The translations under genes and the position numbers were made by a program. Below, one piece after another: positions 10,247-22,000 of a stretch of DNA of 64,000 bases (within the stretch, counting starts at the first letter, position 1; each line of letters starts with the position of its first letter). The notes under the pieces were generated by a model. It searched no databases and was not told where the DNA came from. It was given only the letters and a program-made list of their open reading frames with translations. The stretch covers positions 1,922,001 to 1,986,000 of the forward strand of contig NC_092674.1 of assembly GCF_964355755.1 (NCBI RefSeq), in the 5' to 3' direction. The DNA comes from Antedon mediterranea (taxonomy: Eukaryota > Animalia > Echinodermata).

Positions 10247-11782
10247 TTATGATGAGTTAATCATATTTCTACAAGATTGGATTTGACTGAAGACATCGGC
10301 GATCCTTCCATTCAGTATATCAATGTTTCTTTCTGGTAAGCCAACAAGCTTAGCATATAATGGTTCGTTTCTCTTATACTCTTCTGAAATTATATCAGAA
10401 ATATTACCATTATGATATAACATTTCTATAACTTTAACAGTTTGCGCGCGAAAAATACAAAGTGAATGCAGAATTTCCGTCTGAAATTTATTGAATTTGT
10501 CGAGCAGACGATAGCTATGAAGTAATCCAGACTCGTTATCGTAGAAAATGAGTAACCCGGATCGTAATTTACCAAGATTGTGGACAGGGCTGTTCATTAT
10601 GTTTTTATTCCATTGTTTATTGAACATGTTATTCGTAAGGCGATCCAAATTAGCGGTTAAATAGTCGAAGATCACCATATCCGACCATTGGACTAACTCT
10701 GAAATCTCAGCTTGTGTTCGGTTAACGATGTTACTCGGGTATAACTGTTTTCGTTCATCACGAAATTCTAAGGGGATGTATGATAGTACCATGTCGGATA
10801 CCCACTGGCTCAGAACGACAAGTTTCCCATCCTTCCACTCAGCTTCTTGTATCTGAGTACGAACTGATTGCCATTCTTTACTGCGGTAATCAACGGTGCT
10901 TAAAACCAATGGTGGCACGTTCTTTATTCCTAGTACTCTACTTAAATAATATGAAAACACCTCTCCTTGAATCTGGTCTTTGTTAATTCGGTAACGCGCG
11001 CACATCGTCATGCCGACGTCAGTGATGACGAGTCTGTTCTGCATTCTACCGCACCCGCTAGTGACATTCTTAATTAAACTAGATCTGGCTTTCTCGGACC
11101 ACTCGTCACTCTTCAGTCCGTCTGGAACAAGATCTTCAGCGTCCTTACCCCAAAATATACCATCTTCAATAAAGTTCCTCTGTGTTTTTGCTTTATTTGT
11201 TCTTAATCTCCTTAAGTATGTTACTAAATGTGAGTCTTCTTTAATGGATGTTGGTTGCTCAATCGGTATGCCCACTTTTGGCAGCCTATTCAATAAAGCA
11301 TTCCCTGAAGTGGCAAATCCGTACCCCGTGGCAAATCCGTACCCCGTGGCTACATGTAATCCTCCCCCATCTTTTATCTTCCCTTTTGGTGATATTTGTT
11401 CAGATTTTAAACGATTAAATACCGTTAAAAGTCTTTCGTCATAAGGAATCTCCATTTTGAGATTTTTAATTTCCACATCTTTCAAATCATTCTGTTTGTG
11501 CTGTAATTCAATTCCTTTTGAGCCGCCGTGTACATTTGATGTTGTTGCTATATTTACTATATCCTCTGATCTATCCTGATGAATTGAATGGTGAATCTGA
11601 TCAACGGTAGAATCTGTTGTACTTATTTCTCTCGTCCCATCAATATCCAAAATGGTAAAGACGCATAACAGCGAAGTGAAGATCAAAGTTAGAAGAAAAA
11701 CAACACTAACGAACATATATCCTCTGAAGAAACACTTGTGGTTGAGAGCGGGCCTTCCGAATGTTCTTACTGTCGATCCCAT
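10247..11782 (-). CDS. FJX1: Four-jointed box kinase (Golgi Ser/Thr kinase), single exon, 511 aa
   Basis: Uninterrupted ORF with ATG at 11782 (the track start at 11785 is GTG). N-terminal signal anchor MFVSVVFLLTLIFTSLLCVFTIL. Four-jointed motifs: DGIFW, GCGRMQNRL, CARYRINKDQIQGEVFSYYL, LVQWSDMVIFDYLTANLDR, HNL, and the catalytic DNE motif (YDNESGL). Confidence 0.95.
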   Translation of the reverse strand: MGSTVRTFGRPALNHKCFFRGYMFVSVVFLLTLIFTSLLCVFTILDIDGTREISTTDSTVDQIHHSIHQDRSEDIVNIATTSNVHGGSKGIELQHKQNDLKDVEIKNLKMEIPYDERLLTVFNRLKSEQISPKGKIKDGGGLHVATGYGFATGYGFATSGNALLNRLPKVGIPIEQPTSIKEDSHLVTYLRRLRTNKAKTQRNFIEDGIFWGKDAEDLVPDGLKSDEWSEKARSSLIKNVTSGCGRMQNRLVITDVGMTMCARYRINKDQIQGEVFSYYLSRVLGIKNVPPLVLSTVDYRSKEWQSVRTQIQEAEWKDGKLVVLSQWVSDMVLSYIPLEFRDERKQLYPSNIVNRTQAEISELVQWSDMVIFDYLTANLDRLTNNMFNKQWNKNIMNSPVHNLGKLRSGLLIFYDNESGLLHSYRLLDKFNKFQTEILHSLCIFRAQTVKVIEMLYHNGNISDIISEEYKRNEPLYAKLVGLPERNIDILNGRIADVFSQIQSCRNMINSS

Positions 11783-12205
11783 CACGACGATACGACAACA
11801 AATTGCAAATGTTTTCAGACTGGATGATCACATAGGTGTTACGTCGGAACTCAAATAATGTATTGTATAGTAGAACACTTGATTGTTGGATCATAGGCGT
11901 ATATCCTTTGGTGGAAATTCTTGAATTAAGCTGCTTTCTAAAAGAAAAAAGAAGCATCAATTTAACAGTCGATAATGTTGACAATCAATTGCGGCGATAA
12001 GATGACGTTCTAATTAAATTTACACAATTCACAATATAACCAATAATTATTAGAAAGGTTTAATCATTAACAAGAACTCGGTTATTTTCTTACAGCAATT
12101 ATCCAATAAAAATCTCCTAACAATTGGGTTTAGATTCTGTTGGCCTCGGCGAATAATCGTCTTTTTTGTTGTAACGATACATTTGTTACTGTATCACTTC
12201 TGTTC

Positions 12206-12291
12206 TTTTATATAAATCGTAGCCTAGACTTACAACAGGGTCTACTAAATAGTAAGTCTATACTAAATCACGTGTCTGGAGTGGACCAATC
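12206..12291 (-). promoter_or_regulatory. Candidate FJX1 core promoter
   Basis: TATATAAAA on the minus strand at 12206-12214, about 430 nt upstream of the ATG, with CACGTG and CCAAT motifs 55-80 nt further upstream. Motif evidence only. Confidence 0.35.
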
Positions 12292-13380
12292 CGAATTCCT
12301 CTGTCACTCACTCTTGTATGCTATCTATGAGTTTGATTGTCACGCATAAAAGACAAGATAATTCGATGATCCCCTTATTAAACAATTGGCCTTCGTAATT
12401 ACGTATTGCGATTGCTTTTTATCAAGTACATGATTACGTAATTCTAGTAAATTAAGCTGTCAATCAATTGATAATTGACAATTGTGGTTCTAAATCGATA
12501 TGTAAGATTTTGTTAAAATAACAACTTGATTTGGAAATAAACTTTAAGATATTGAGAATTCATGTCCAAGTACATCGCAGCATGGAAATGAAAAAACGTA
12601 CGCATTTACTATTCTTCTTAAATGGACAAATCAAAAAGATAAATTTCTCTATAGTATATACGAAATACTAACTACCTGTATTACGGATGGTCAACAGGCA
12701 TACAATAATACCTTATAATAATCACCTTATGAAATTAATGATTTAAAAATTGAAAAAACAATTAAATAATATCCATTATGATCGTTTAAAATACGTAGCT
12801 AATTTCGCGACCTAAAATCTAATGAGTCTTCCGTACAAAATGTTTAAAATAAGCAAAGTAGGGCCTATAGTAAAGTATATCAATCAGAAACCATCGGTAC
12901 AATCATTATTCCTACTAAAGCATCATACACTTAATCTGAACTCACCTTAAAAATCGAGTACCGACTATTCCACAAAATTGTGTCAACAAAATAGTGACTT
13001 CTTTTGCTACGATTATAGAAAATGTGTCCTAAATAATTCTCGACTTGTTTCCACTATAAAACACACTGTAGCTATGTTATATGACGTCCTGTGTTGTCGA
13101 CAGATGTTTGACGGGTCTGTCATCATGCACGCGCACGCGTACTGGAGTGGCACAAACCCACCGTATACCGTTACCTTACGCCCGAATTCACGAAAGCAAA
13201 AGGAACCCTTACAAACAGCAGCTGAGATCCCGCATTGATTATACGGATATTGTACTAATAACAATGCATTCACGGATGGTGGTAAAGCACAGTGTCTTGG
13301 TGACAAAGACCCAACAATTCATACTTCCAATTGTGTACAACACTTAATAATCTACTCGTAAAGGGAATCTCATTAAATAA

Positions 13381-13503
13381 AGCTCTGTCTACACTATCAA
13401 ACTAGTGTAATGTGCCCAAATATGGTAGTGATATGACATCATGACCATATATGGACACATCGCACTTTTTTGTCACATAAAGTTTGATAGTGTAGACAGA
13501 GCT
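13381..13503. mobile_element. MITE family A copy, full length
   Basis: Perfect 23-bp TIRs with TAA/TTA flanks. Confidence 0.92.
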
Positions 13504-14271
13504 TTAGATTGTAACAGTTTTATGACAGCCCTAACTCATAACGGGAATATAGGCCTAATGTTTAGTTATAAACATAATTAACATGGAATTATTTTAATCG
13601 CGTACAAGGTTTTCATTTCAAAACATCTGATTTATTTATATTTATTTACAATTTGTAATTAAATTTTGTATCGTAGAATATAATTATCATGTTTTTTCGC
13701 GCCGCTCCTTTAGGCCGTTATATTTAAGAGAACGGAAGCGCATTATAACAGTTACTAGCTTATAGTTTACTACGGATGAAAAAAATGGGTATTTGGAAAC
13801 TAGGACTGGGCATGCGCACACCCCAAAGCAACTATGGGAAAATACAGTCTATGAAAACATAAGAATTGAGATGCATGTAGACAGTAGTTATCGTGAGATG
13901 AGCGGCGTTTTTTTTTTAAAGAAATATTTTAAAATTAAAATGACTTTTCCTGAAATTAGAGTTCTTGTTTATCTTATCTGGTAAAAGGTCCTAATTTGGT
14001 AAAACGTGTAATACTATACTAAAACGCTGTAAACACAATTTACAACTTCTTCTTTTGTTTTATTACCGGTATATTTCCATCCATAACACTTTTTTTAAAC
14101 AATTAATTACACTTTTCTTTTCTGATTGGAAAATGTTTATGCAGCTATGAGTTAACACAAGGGAATGTACATTATATAAAATGCGAACCCGTTGCAAAGT
14201 GTGGTTAGAGAACGAAACAAAGTGATCTAAATATAATTAATTAAGACAAATGACATATTTTAATCTAAATA

Positions 14272-14555
14272 TCTTGGTTCCAACGCAATGACGTAAGCTC
14301 GCCACGTAATTTGACCAATCAAGACGCGTAGAGGATCATCCGAACTACCGCTTGAAATTGGTCAATTCACTTGCGTTGCGTCCAAGTGACAACCAAGCTT
14401 AAAGACCGATTCCCACTTTGACGCAACACAATGTTTTCAGCGTAAGCAACTCAAGTGATTTGACCAATCACCACACCCGATAGATTATTCCACCGCTCAT
14501 TGGTCAACTCGCGTTGCGTCTACGTCCTCGCGTTTCATCAAGCGAGAACCAAGCT
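14272..14555. mobile_element. Two adjacent decayed palindromic MITEs (about 14272-14399 and 14402-14555), Harbinger-like
   Basis: Shared GACGCAAC/GTTGCGTC and TTGACCAATCA/ATTGGTCAA inverted motifs; ends AACCAAGCT followed by TAA or TTA. Confidence 0.65.
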
Positions 14556-15390
14556 TTACTACAATATAATTTGAAATTGAAGGGGTTTTTTTTTTAAGAA
14601 ATTAAATTCACTGTGGTATGAGCACCAAATTACAGCATTTTCAACAGTAATATTAATGAAAACGGGAATGCTAATTCAACGAATATTAAATCAAATGCAT
14701 GTATACAACAATATAAAACATACTACAACACAAAAGAACTAAATGTTCTTTATAAATAGAATAGGTAATTACATGTAATATGTATCTACACACTATATAC
14801 AAGCTGAATAAAACATTTGCAATATGTATATATACAATGATAACTTACTATTGCAACTGTGTCGATTTTATGTACACGTATAGTATGGGTTGTCATAGCA
14901 ACCTCTCTTTAACGATTCGTAAAAAAGTTTACTCCAATAACAAACTTAGACCTAAATAGAGGGCAGTAAACAGATAATTTAATCAATGTGATAGAACTAT
15001 CTATTTTATCCACAAAAAATAGTGGCAAATATTGTTTTTATACGAAAATAGGAGGATATACGAAAATAGGAGGATATTCTCCAGTTTAAAACTTTTTCCG
15101 ACATAGAGGGCGGTAGGCATAAAAATAGACCAAACACATTGTTGAAAATAAGTTTAATTTTGTAATAATATGTTAATAAAATAAAAGGTAATTTTGTTAT
15201 ATTTTAATTAAATCTTTAATGTATTACTGTTATGTTTGTACATTTTTTAAATAGTTATAACATGGCAATATAATATATACATGTATTTTTCTTTTTTAAT
15301 ATTTGCAAGAATATAATTTATATAGAATGTAGACATTACTGCTGTCAACCACTTTGTTTATACATGTACTTAATACTTAAGCACCCCTTA

Positions 15391-15526
15391 AGCTCTGTCT
15401 ACACTATCAAACTTTATGTGACAAAAAAAATGTGATGAGCCCATATATGGACATGATGATATCACTACCATATTTGAGCACATCACACTTTCTTTGTCAA
15501 ACAAGTTTGATAGTGTGGACAGAGCT
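15391..15526. mobile_element. MITE family A copy, full length
   Basis: TIRs with TTA target-site duplication on both sides. Confidence 0.92.
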
Positions 15527-15780
15527 TTACAGCAACAGTTACTTGATCCTTTTGTGAGAACATTTTATAATTTGTAAGTATTTAACCAATGAGCATTAAT
15601 TATTTAAATATTTATTATGTATTTCTTTATTTATCATAAAGTAAATATTCATAGTAATGGTTACATTGGTGTTTCCATAGTTATCTAAAACATTGTAAAC
15701 AACCAACTGCCATGATCAAATTCTTAGTTCATCATGTATCGTTGCGTTGCACACATACTTTATTTTCTTTCTGCACTCTT

Positions 15781-15937
15781 AATCCCTGTCTACACTATCA
15801 AACTAGTTTGACAAAAAAAAGTGTGATGTACCCAAATATGGTAGTGATATGCCCAAATATGGTAGTGATATCATCATGTCCGTATATGGGCACATCACTT
15901 TTATTGTCACATAAAGTTTGATAGTGTAGACAGAGCT
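15781..15937. mobile_element. MITE family A copy, opposite orientation to 15391-15526
   Basis: TIRs present and internal sequence reversed; lies about 140 nt downstream of the RYK stop. Confidence 0.9.
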
Positions 15938-16074
15938 TTATGATGTTCAATGGCTTTAAATATAAGCCTACGATACTTGATATCCGCTACCTTCTGTAGT
16001 CCTCTGTAGGCCTAGCCAGTTTGATCATCATGCTAGGCCTAATCACTCGACCAAATTGTTCACGACTTTCCAGA

Positions 16075-19000
16075 TCATATGAACAGACCTAATGCCCGAT
16101 GGAAGTCTGTCAAAGCTGAACAGAGTTGTGTGAACTTAGGCCTGTCTTGAGGAAGCAGAGCCCAGCAGTATGCCATTAAAGAAAACCTGCAAAAACATAT
16201 TTATTTTATTTTATTTATTTAATCACAGTCTTGTTTACAAGATCAGCCAATTCTGGCTTATGAGTGAACAAATATATAAATAGCAATTAAAATAGACACA
16301 GATAAAACTAACAAGTTTTAACCTTATAAAAGAATTAATACATTTCAGAATTTTAAACACAAATTGCTATAAAAACTATAACATCATATTCAACTTACAG
16401 TTCATCCGGGCAATTTGGCGGTTGCGGCATACGGTAGCCGGCCTTTAGGAATGCGGTCATTTCAAACGGGTCAACTTCAATATACGGCGTTTGACCGAGT
16501 GTCATCAGCTCCCAAAGGGTAACACCAAATGACCACTAGAAAGAAAAATAAAGAACATTGGTAATAATAATACAATTCATGATTTAATGGATACCAAAAT
16601 GAAAAGGGTGGATGGACATCTCAGAATTAAAAATAAAACCGAATTAATATCAAAATTCATATATCAATATATATTTATAATTCATAATACTAATATAATA
16701 TTGATTTTTTATTATTGATTAAATATATATATATAAACTTTATTTAGACACGAGACTGATGTGCAGTACAACTCGTTCAATCAATATTGATTGTTTTTAC
16801 ACAAGTTCGTGATACTGTATTACAAAAAAAAAATCAACACCATATAAATACGACAGAAACGAAAAAATTGAAATTGAAAAGAAACAAAATTACAGCAGAA
16901 TCCCCTTCATCTGCCACCTCTATTTAGGGTACACCATACCGGTACTTCCCGTGTAAACGGAAACCCTTATCGAAGTGTATAATTTATGGGGATTCTACTG
17001 TAATACATAATAAATCTTTTTCATTTCATTTACCAAAAAATAAATTAGTGATAAAACACACATTTTACATAGTATTTAGCCATTTTAAAAGTTGGATGTA
17101 CACCATCGTAGATTACCATACCATTATGTTTTACAATGCAATTTTCAGATACGTTTTAAACAACTTAACTGAATTTGGAAGGGTATCAACATTGAGACTA
17201 TCATTACTATATTTAAATCCAAAGGCAAATTACTGAAAATAATGACAATGATTGAGTGGCTGGATCTCAATGGCGATACAAAAGAAAATAAGTAAAAACC
17301 TAAATCAAAACGATAAAATAAAACAGCTTGAAAATTGTCAGAGCTTTTGGGCAACACTAGCCCTTTATCAGTAATTTAGATATATATGGTACAGTATATG
17401 AATGCAAATTTCTCACTACACTACGACATATTAGAGCTTGATATTTTATTCACAAATGTTCACTTAACAAATATTGCTTGTGTTGACATTTAAAATAAAT
17501 TTAGTTGGGCGATTCAAAATCGATACTTTATCATTCTCGTAATTAACTGACATAAACTGATGTAATGTCAGGCTATAATAGCAACAAACAGAGTGTTGTA
17601 TGACAACTGTTGTACAGTAAATTGTGGTGATATGACTCTGTTTGGATTAGGTACACTACTTAGACCATGTAATAAGCAACCCTACATTATTACACTCTGA
17701 ATAACATTTGGAAAGTACTTAAAAATCTTTATTCACCATTATTTTAAAAGTCCTTATAATAATGTATTTCTTTTTCCTCAAGTTAGTATAAATAGAGGAA
17801 TGTTTAATTGGTCAGTTGAACAAAATATGCAATTTGAAATGGTTTTCTTCTGAAATATTATACTTTCACTATTTCCATTAAAACCTTATCATTTATGGTT
17901 TAAAAGCTTTTATGCCCATATATGGACATGATGATGTCATATCACTATCATATTTGGGCATATTACTATCATATTTGGGCACATCACACATTTTTTGTGA
18001 AACTAGTTTGATAGTGTGGAGACAGAGCTTTAGAGATCATGTTAAAATAATTCTACTGCCAATTGGGCACATCTCACTAGTTTGATAGTGTACACAGAGC
18101 TTAAGACATGTCCTAATGAAAATATCAAAATGACCTACAACATCACTTGCAGGGGTGAAACTCCTATGAATAATACTCTCAATTGCCATCCACTTGACAG
18201 GCCTGTTCTCGTTGTCTCCAAGACAATGGTAGTCCCCCGGGAACAGGTCTCTAGCTAGAGCATTGTCTGTTACTTTTAAGTTATAATGTTCGTCAATCCT
18301 GAAATATAAAAATAAGGTACTATTATTTAAAAAATATATTTGACATGCCAAAGGGCTTACATTATACATAAAGGTGGCCTTATATGTCAGTGTGCGTATG
18401 TAGACCAAGTTTTAAGAACAGAAAATAAACTCGCACAATAAAAATTCATTACTACTATTAAGCTCTGTCTACACTATTAAACATTATTTGAAAAAAAATG
18501 TCATTACCATAAGCATATCACTACCATATTTGGATACATCACATTTTTTTGTCAAACTAGTTTGATAGTGCAGACAGAGCTTTAGATGTTCAAAGAATTC
18601 AAACATTAATGAAACTGCTACTCCTACGGTCAGACATCAAATATGAGTATTTAAAAAGATTTTGAAACTAAATCCCAACGGAAAACTCTTAAATGAAACC
18701 TGATCTTTATTATAATAATGAGAGCTTTTATAAAAATGAACTAAAACACCAAGTCCATTATCGTAAAAACTTGCAGTTTAGCCGCGCTATTAAACGCTTA
18801 ATATGACGGAAAAAGTTGTTTAATATGTGACAGACTAAATCTAATACGCAGTGTAACTTAACACGTGGTTAATCACAGTATGTGTTAAATTATGTGCACC
18901 AACACGTAGAAAACTCATAAAAATATATTTTATAACATATTTTTTTTATCATATTTTATTGTGTAATTACGTGTTAATGTAGGACAGGTGCATGTAGGTA

Positions 19001-22000
19001 TATTATGTACAAATATCACAACTTTAATTCCTTTAGAAATATCAATAATAATTCTTGGATAGGTGACATAAATAATGCTTTCTGCTCTTTTCTTTGCATT
19101 TCCACATTGTGTTATTATGTCATTACCTATGTTTTATAAAAATTAAATGAAATAATAAAATTCAATTACCCTTAACTTTAATAATTTCCAAATACTATCA
19201 AGTCAAATCAATTTAGCAATGTAAAGATATTTGCATTTGTTTAATGTGCAAATAGAAAATTAAATGTTTTAAATCTTGAATCGTGGACAGCATTGCTTTT
19301 GGAACAAAATAATTTATTGCGCTCGATCGTCGGCTAATAACTCTCGTAAACAAAGCCCAAGGGACGTATCACGTCAAACCATTAGCTTGTTTTACTGTCC
19401 ACAATTCCTCGTTGGTCAAGCGAAGGCACGTACAAATGACGGATTCCTTTAGAAATTTAATCTTATGTTTGTTTTTTATTAAAGAAAAGGAAAACTTTCA
19501 TAGCACTAGAATGTTGAATTACAAGCAATTGTAAATCATTCATTAAAACTGTATTCTTTTCATTTATTATTTTTTTCATTTCATTAATTTTATTCATCAA
19601 AGAGAGAAGAAAAATACTATTTAAAATATAGAATAAAATACATAAAAAGATGAAAAGGTCCATTAACAAAAAGCTAAAAGCTTGTACGTGGTTGATGACC
19701 TAACAAACTTGTTTAAAACAACCATAAAACAGTTAATACAATAATAACAATCTAGGTAAAAAATACAAATGAAAAAGTTACAAGCCTATCTTTGGAGGCT
19801 TTTATTATTTTTAGGCTTATCTGTTGCAAATACATTGATTTCTATGATCTTAACTTGATAAACAATTACAATAGTAGTCTTTTAATACATCTATAATAAT
19901 TATACATTACAATTAGTATGAATTTTATCATTGTCAATTTCATTTGATAATTTTTAATTAAACATATTACAAATTACTTACACACAGTTTCTTGTTGCTA
20001 AGTCTTTGTGTATGACTTTCTTTTTACCCAGATACATGAATGCATGTGTGAGTTGAATGGCTAAGTACACTAAGTCTCTCGTTGATATTGCCTGAAATAA
20101 AGTGAATATTTTCATTTATTTGGGTGAAATGAAGAACAAGAATAATATTGATGACAATTGCAATAGTGATCATATTTTTCATCAAGATTGTTATCAAGAC
20201 TGTTATCAAGATTGGCACCAAGATTTTTATTAAGATTGACACCATGATTGTTATCAAGATTATCATCAAGATTGACACCCTGATTGTTATCAAGATTGAC
20301 ATCATAATAGTTATCAAGATTGACATCATGTTATCAAGATTGACATTATTGGTATCAAGATTGACATAATGACTGTTTTTTTTATCACGTTTGTCATCAA
20401 AATTTTTATCAAGTTTGTTATCAAGATTTTTATCAAGATTTTTATCAAGATTGTCATCAAGATTGACACTAGACGATGAAGGCAGATAATAATTGATTTG
20501 ATTTAAATAAGCTCTATCCACCTACCTGATGCGTATCACCAGGACCTATACGACCATTCCTTAGGAACTGCTTGAGGTTGCCTAGGCCCATGAATGAGAA
20601 CATTATCATAGGGTTTGTCTCATCCTGTAGGCATACACACAGAATTGGTAACACATTCTTGTGGCTTAACCCTTTCAACATACAGCTTTCTTTAACCAAT
20701 AGATTCCTCTGCTCTTCTGATGCTTGATCTTAGCATATGTAAGAAATTAATATCGTAAAGTGAGGATTGGGTACTGAAAAGGTATTGCTGCAAATCACAA
20801 TGGTTTGTTTACAAAATTACGCTTTAATACCCAGATGCATTTTGGGAAGTATTACATTATAATGTGGTAAGTAACATTATAAAATAATTATAATTTTAGC
20901 ATCAATCTATGAAACAATAGTAAGTAGATCAAAAAAAGATTGCTTTCATGCTTCAACGCACCTGTTACCGTTTTAATAAAAACCTCTTTCTCAATCTTCT
21001 CTTCGTCCTCATTCCAGGTTTGGTAAATTCCTTGGAACACACGTCCAAATGTTCCTTCCAATAGTAGAGTTCCTACAGTTATTTGCGAATACTCAACGGC
21101 TATGGGGCGTAGCCGGTTTTTGATGTCTTCTATTGCTTCTTGGGGTACAGGCATGTAGCTGTGTATACTGCCAGCACACACTGTACAAAATAAGAATTAT
21201 TTTGATTCAATAATTAGGACTATTATATTACAACCAATGTTAAGGGGACACCTTTTAGACCCAACAGTGTCCCACGTTAAGGGTCTTTTAAACCTGTACC
21301 GGCACGGTTCCAGTTTGGCGCTGGCAAACCAAATGTCAATGTTTTGTTTTCATGCGGTTACGCGCATATCGATTGCCGCATATCTGTGTAGAGCATCATG
21401 AAAATAAATCATTGACGTTTGATTCGCCGGACCTGAACCATGCCAGAACAGGTGTGAAAGACCCTTTAATGGGGACTTCCAATTCTATTGTATACTGAGT
21501 TTCAAGAAAGAAAGACAACTGGAGTATGGCTTTCAAAAAACTATAGAGGAAGAGAGGAGTTTATATCCCTCTGTGATTCATCCCTCTTCAACATTCAGAG
21601 TATACGATATTTAATCACAATATGAAACATTGATTTTTATTTGCAATTAATTAAACTTATATTGTTGAATAGCAAAGATTAATTTGACAATTATAATTAA
21701 TACACACATATTTTGTGCGAAAAGGTGTTGAAATTTACCAGCAGATTCAACACAGAGAGTGTAAAATCCAATTAGGCATAATTCAAACTGAACATTATGA
21801 AATAGCCGAGTGCAATCTAACAACTATGTGCTCATTTGTACAAATGATTAAATCGGCTTAATGAATGACCTAGTTTAAGTTATGACTTAAATGCCCCAAA
21901 GACTGCATCATCAGATTCAAGCAAATAGCAATTAATGTTAAAATTGCATGTTAATTACATTCATGTTGTACCAATAGATCGTCATCCTTTTATGTAAATG

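Noticed and set aside
11010-11444. 144-aa plus-strand ORF
   Set aside because: Antisense shadow of the FJX1 CDS.
13800-14700. TEAD (GGAATG) and Su(H)-like motifs upstream of FJX1
   Set aside because: Counts are near chance expectation for short motifs, and one lies inside a MITE.
20024-20521. 165-aa and 73-aa low-complexity ORFs
   Set aside because: Translations of the TATCAAGATT minisatellite inside a RYK intron.
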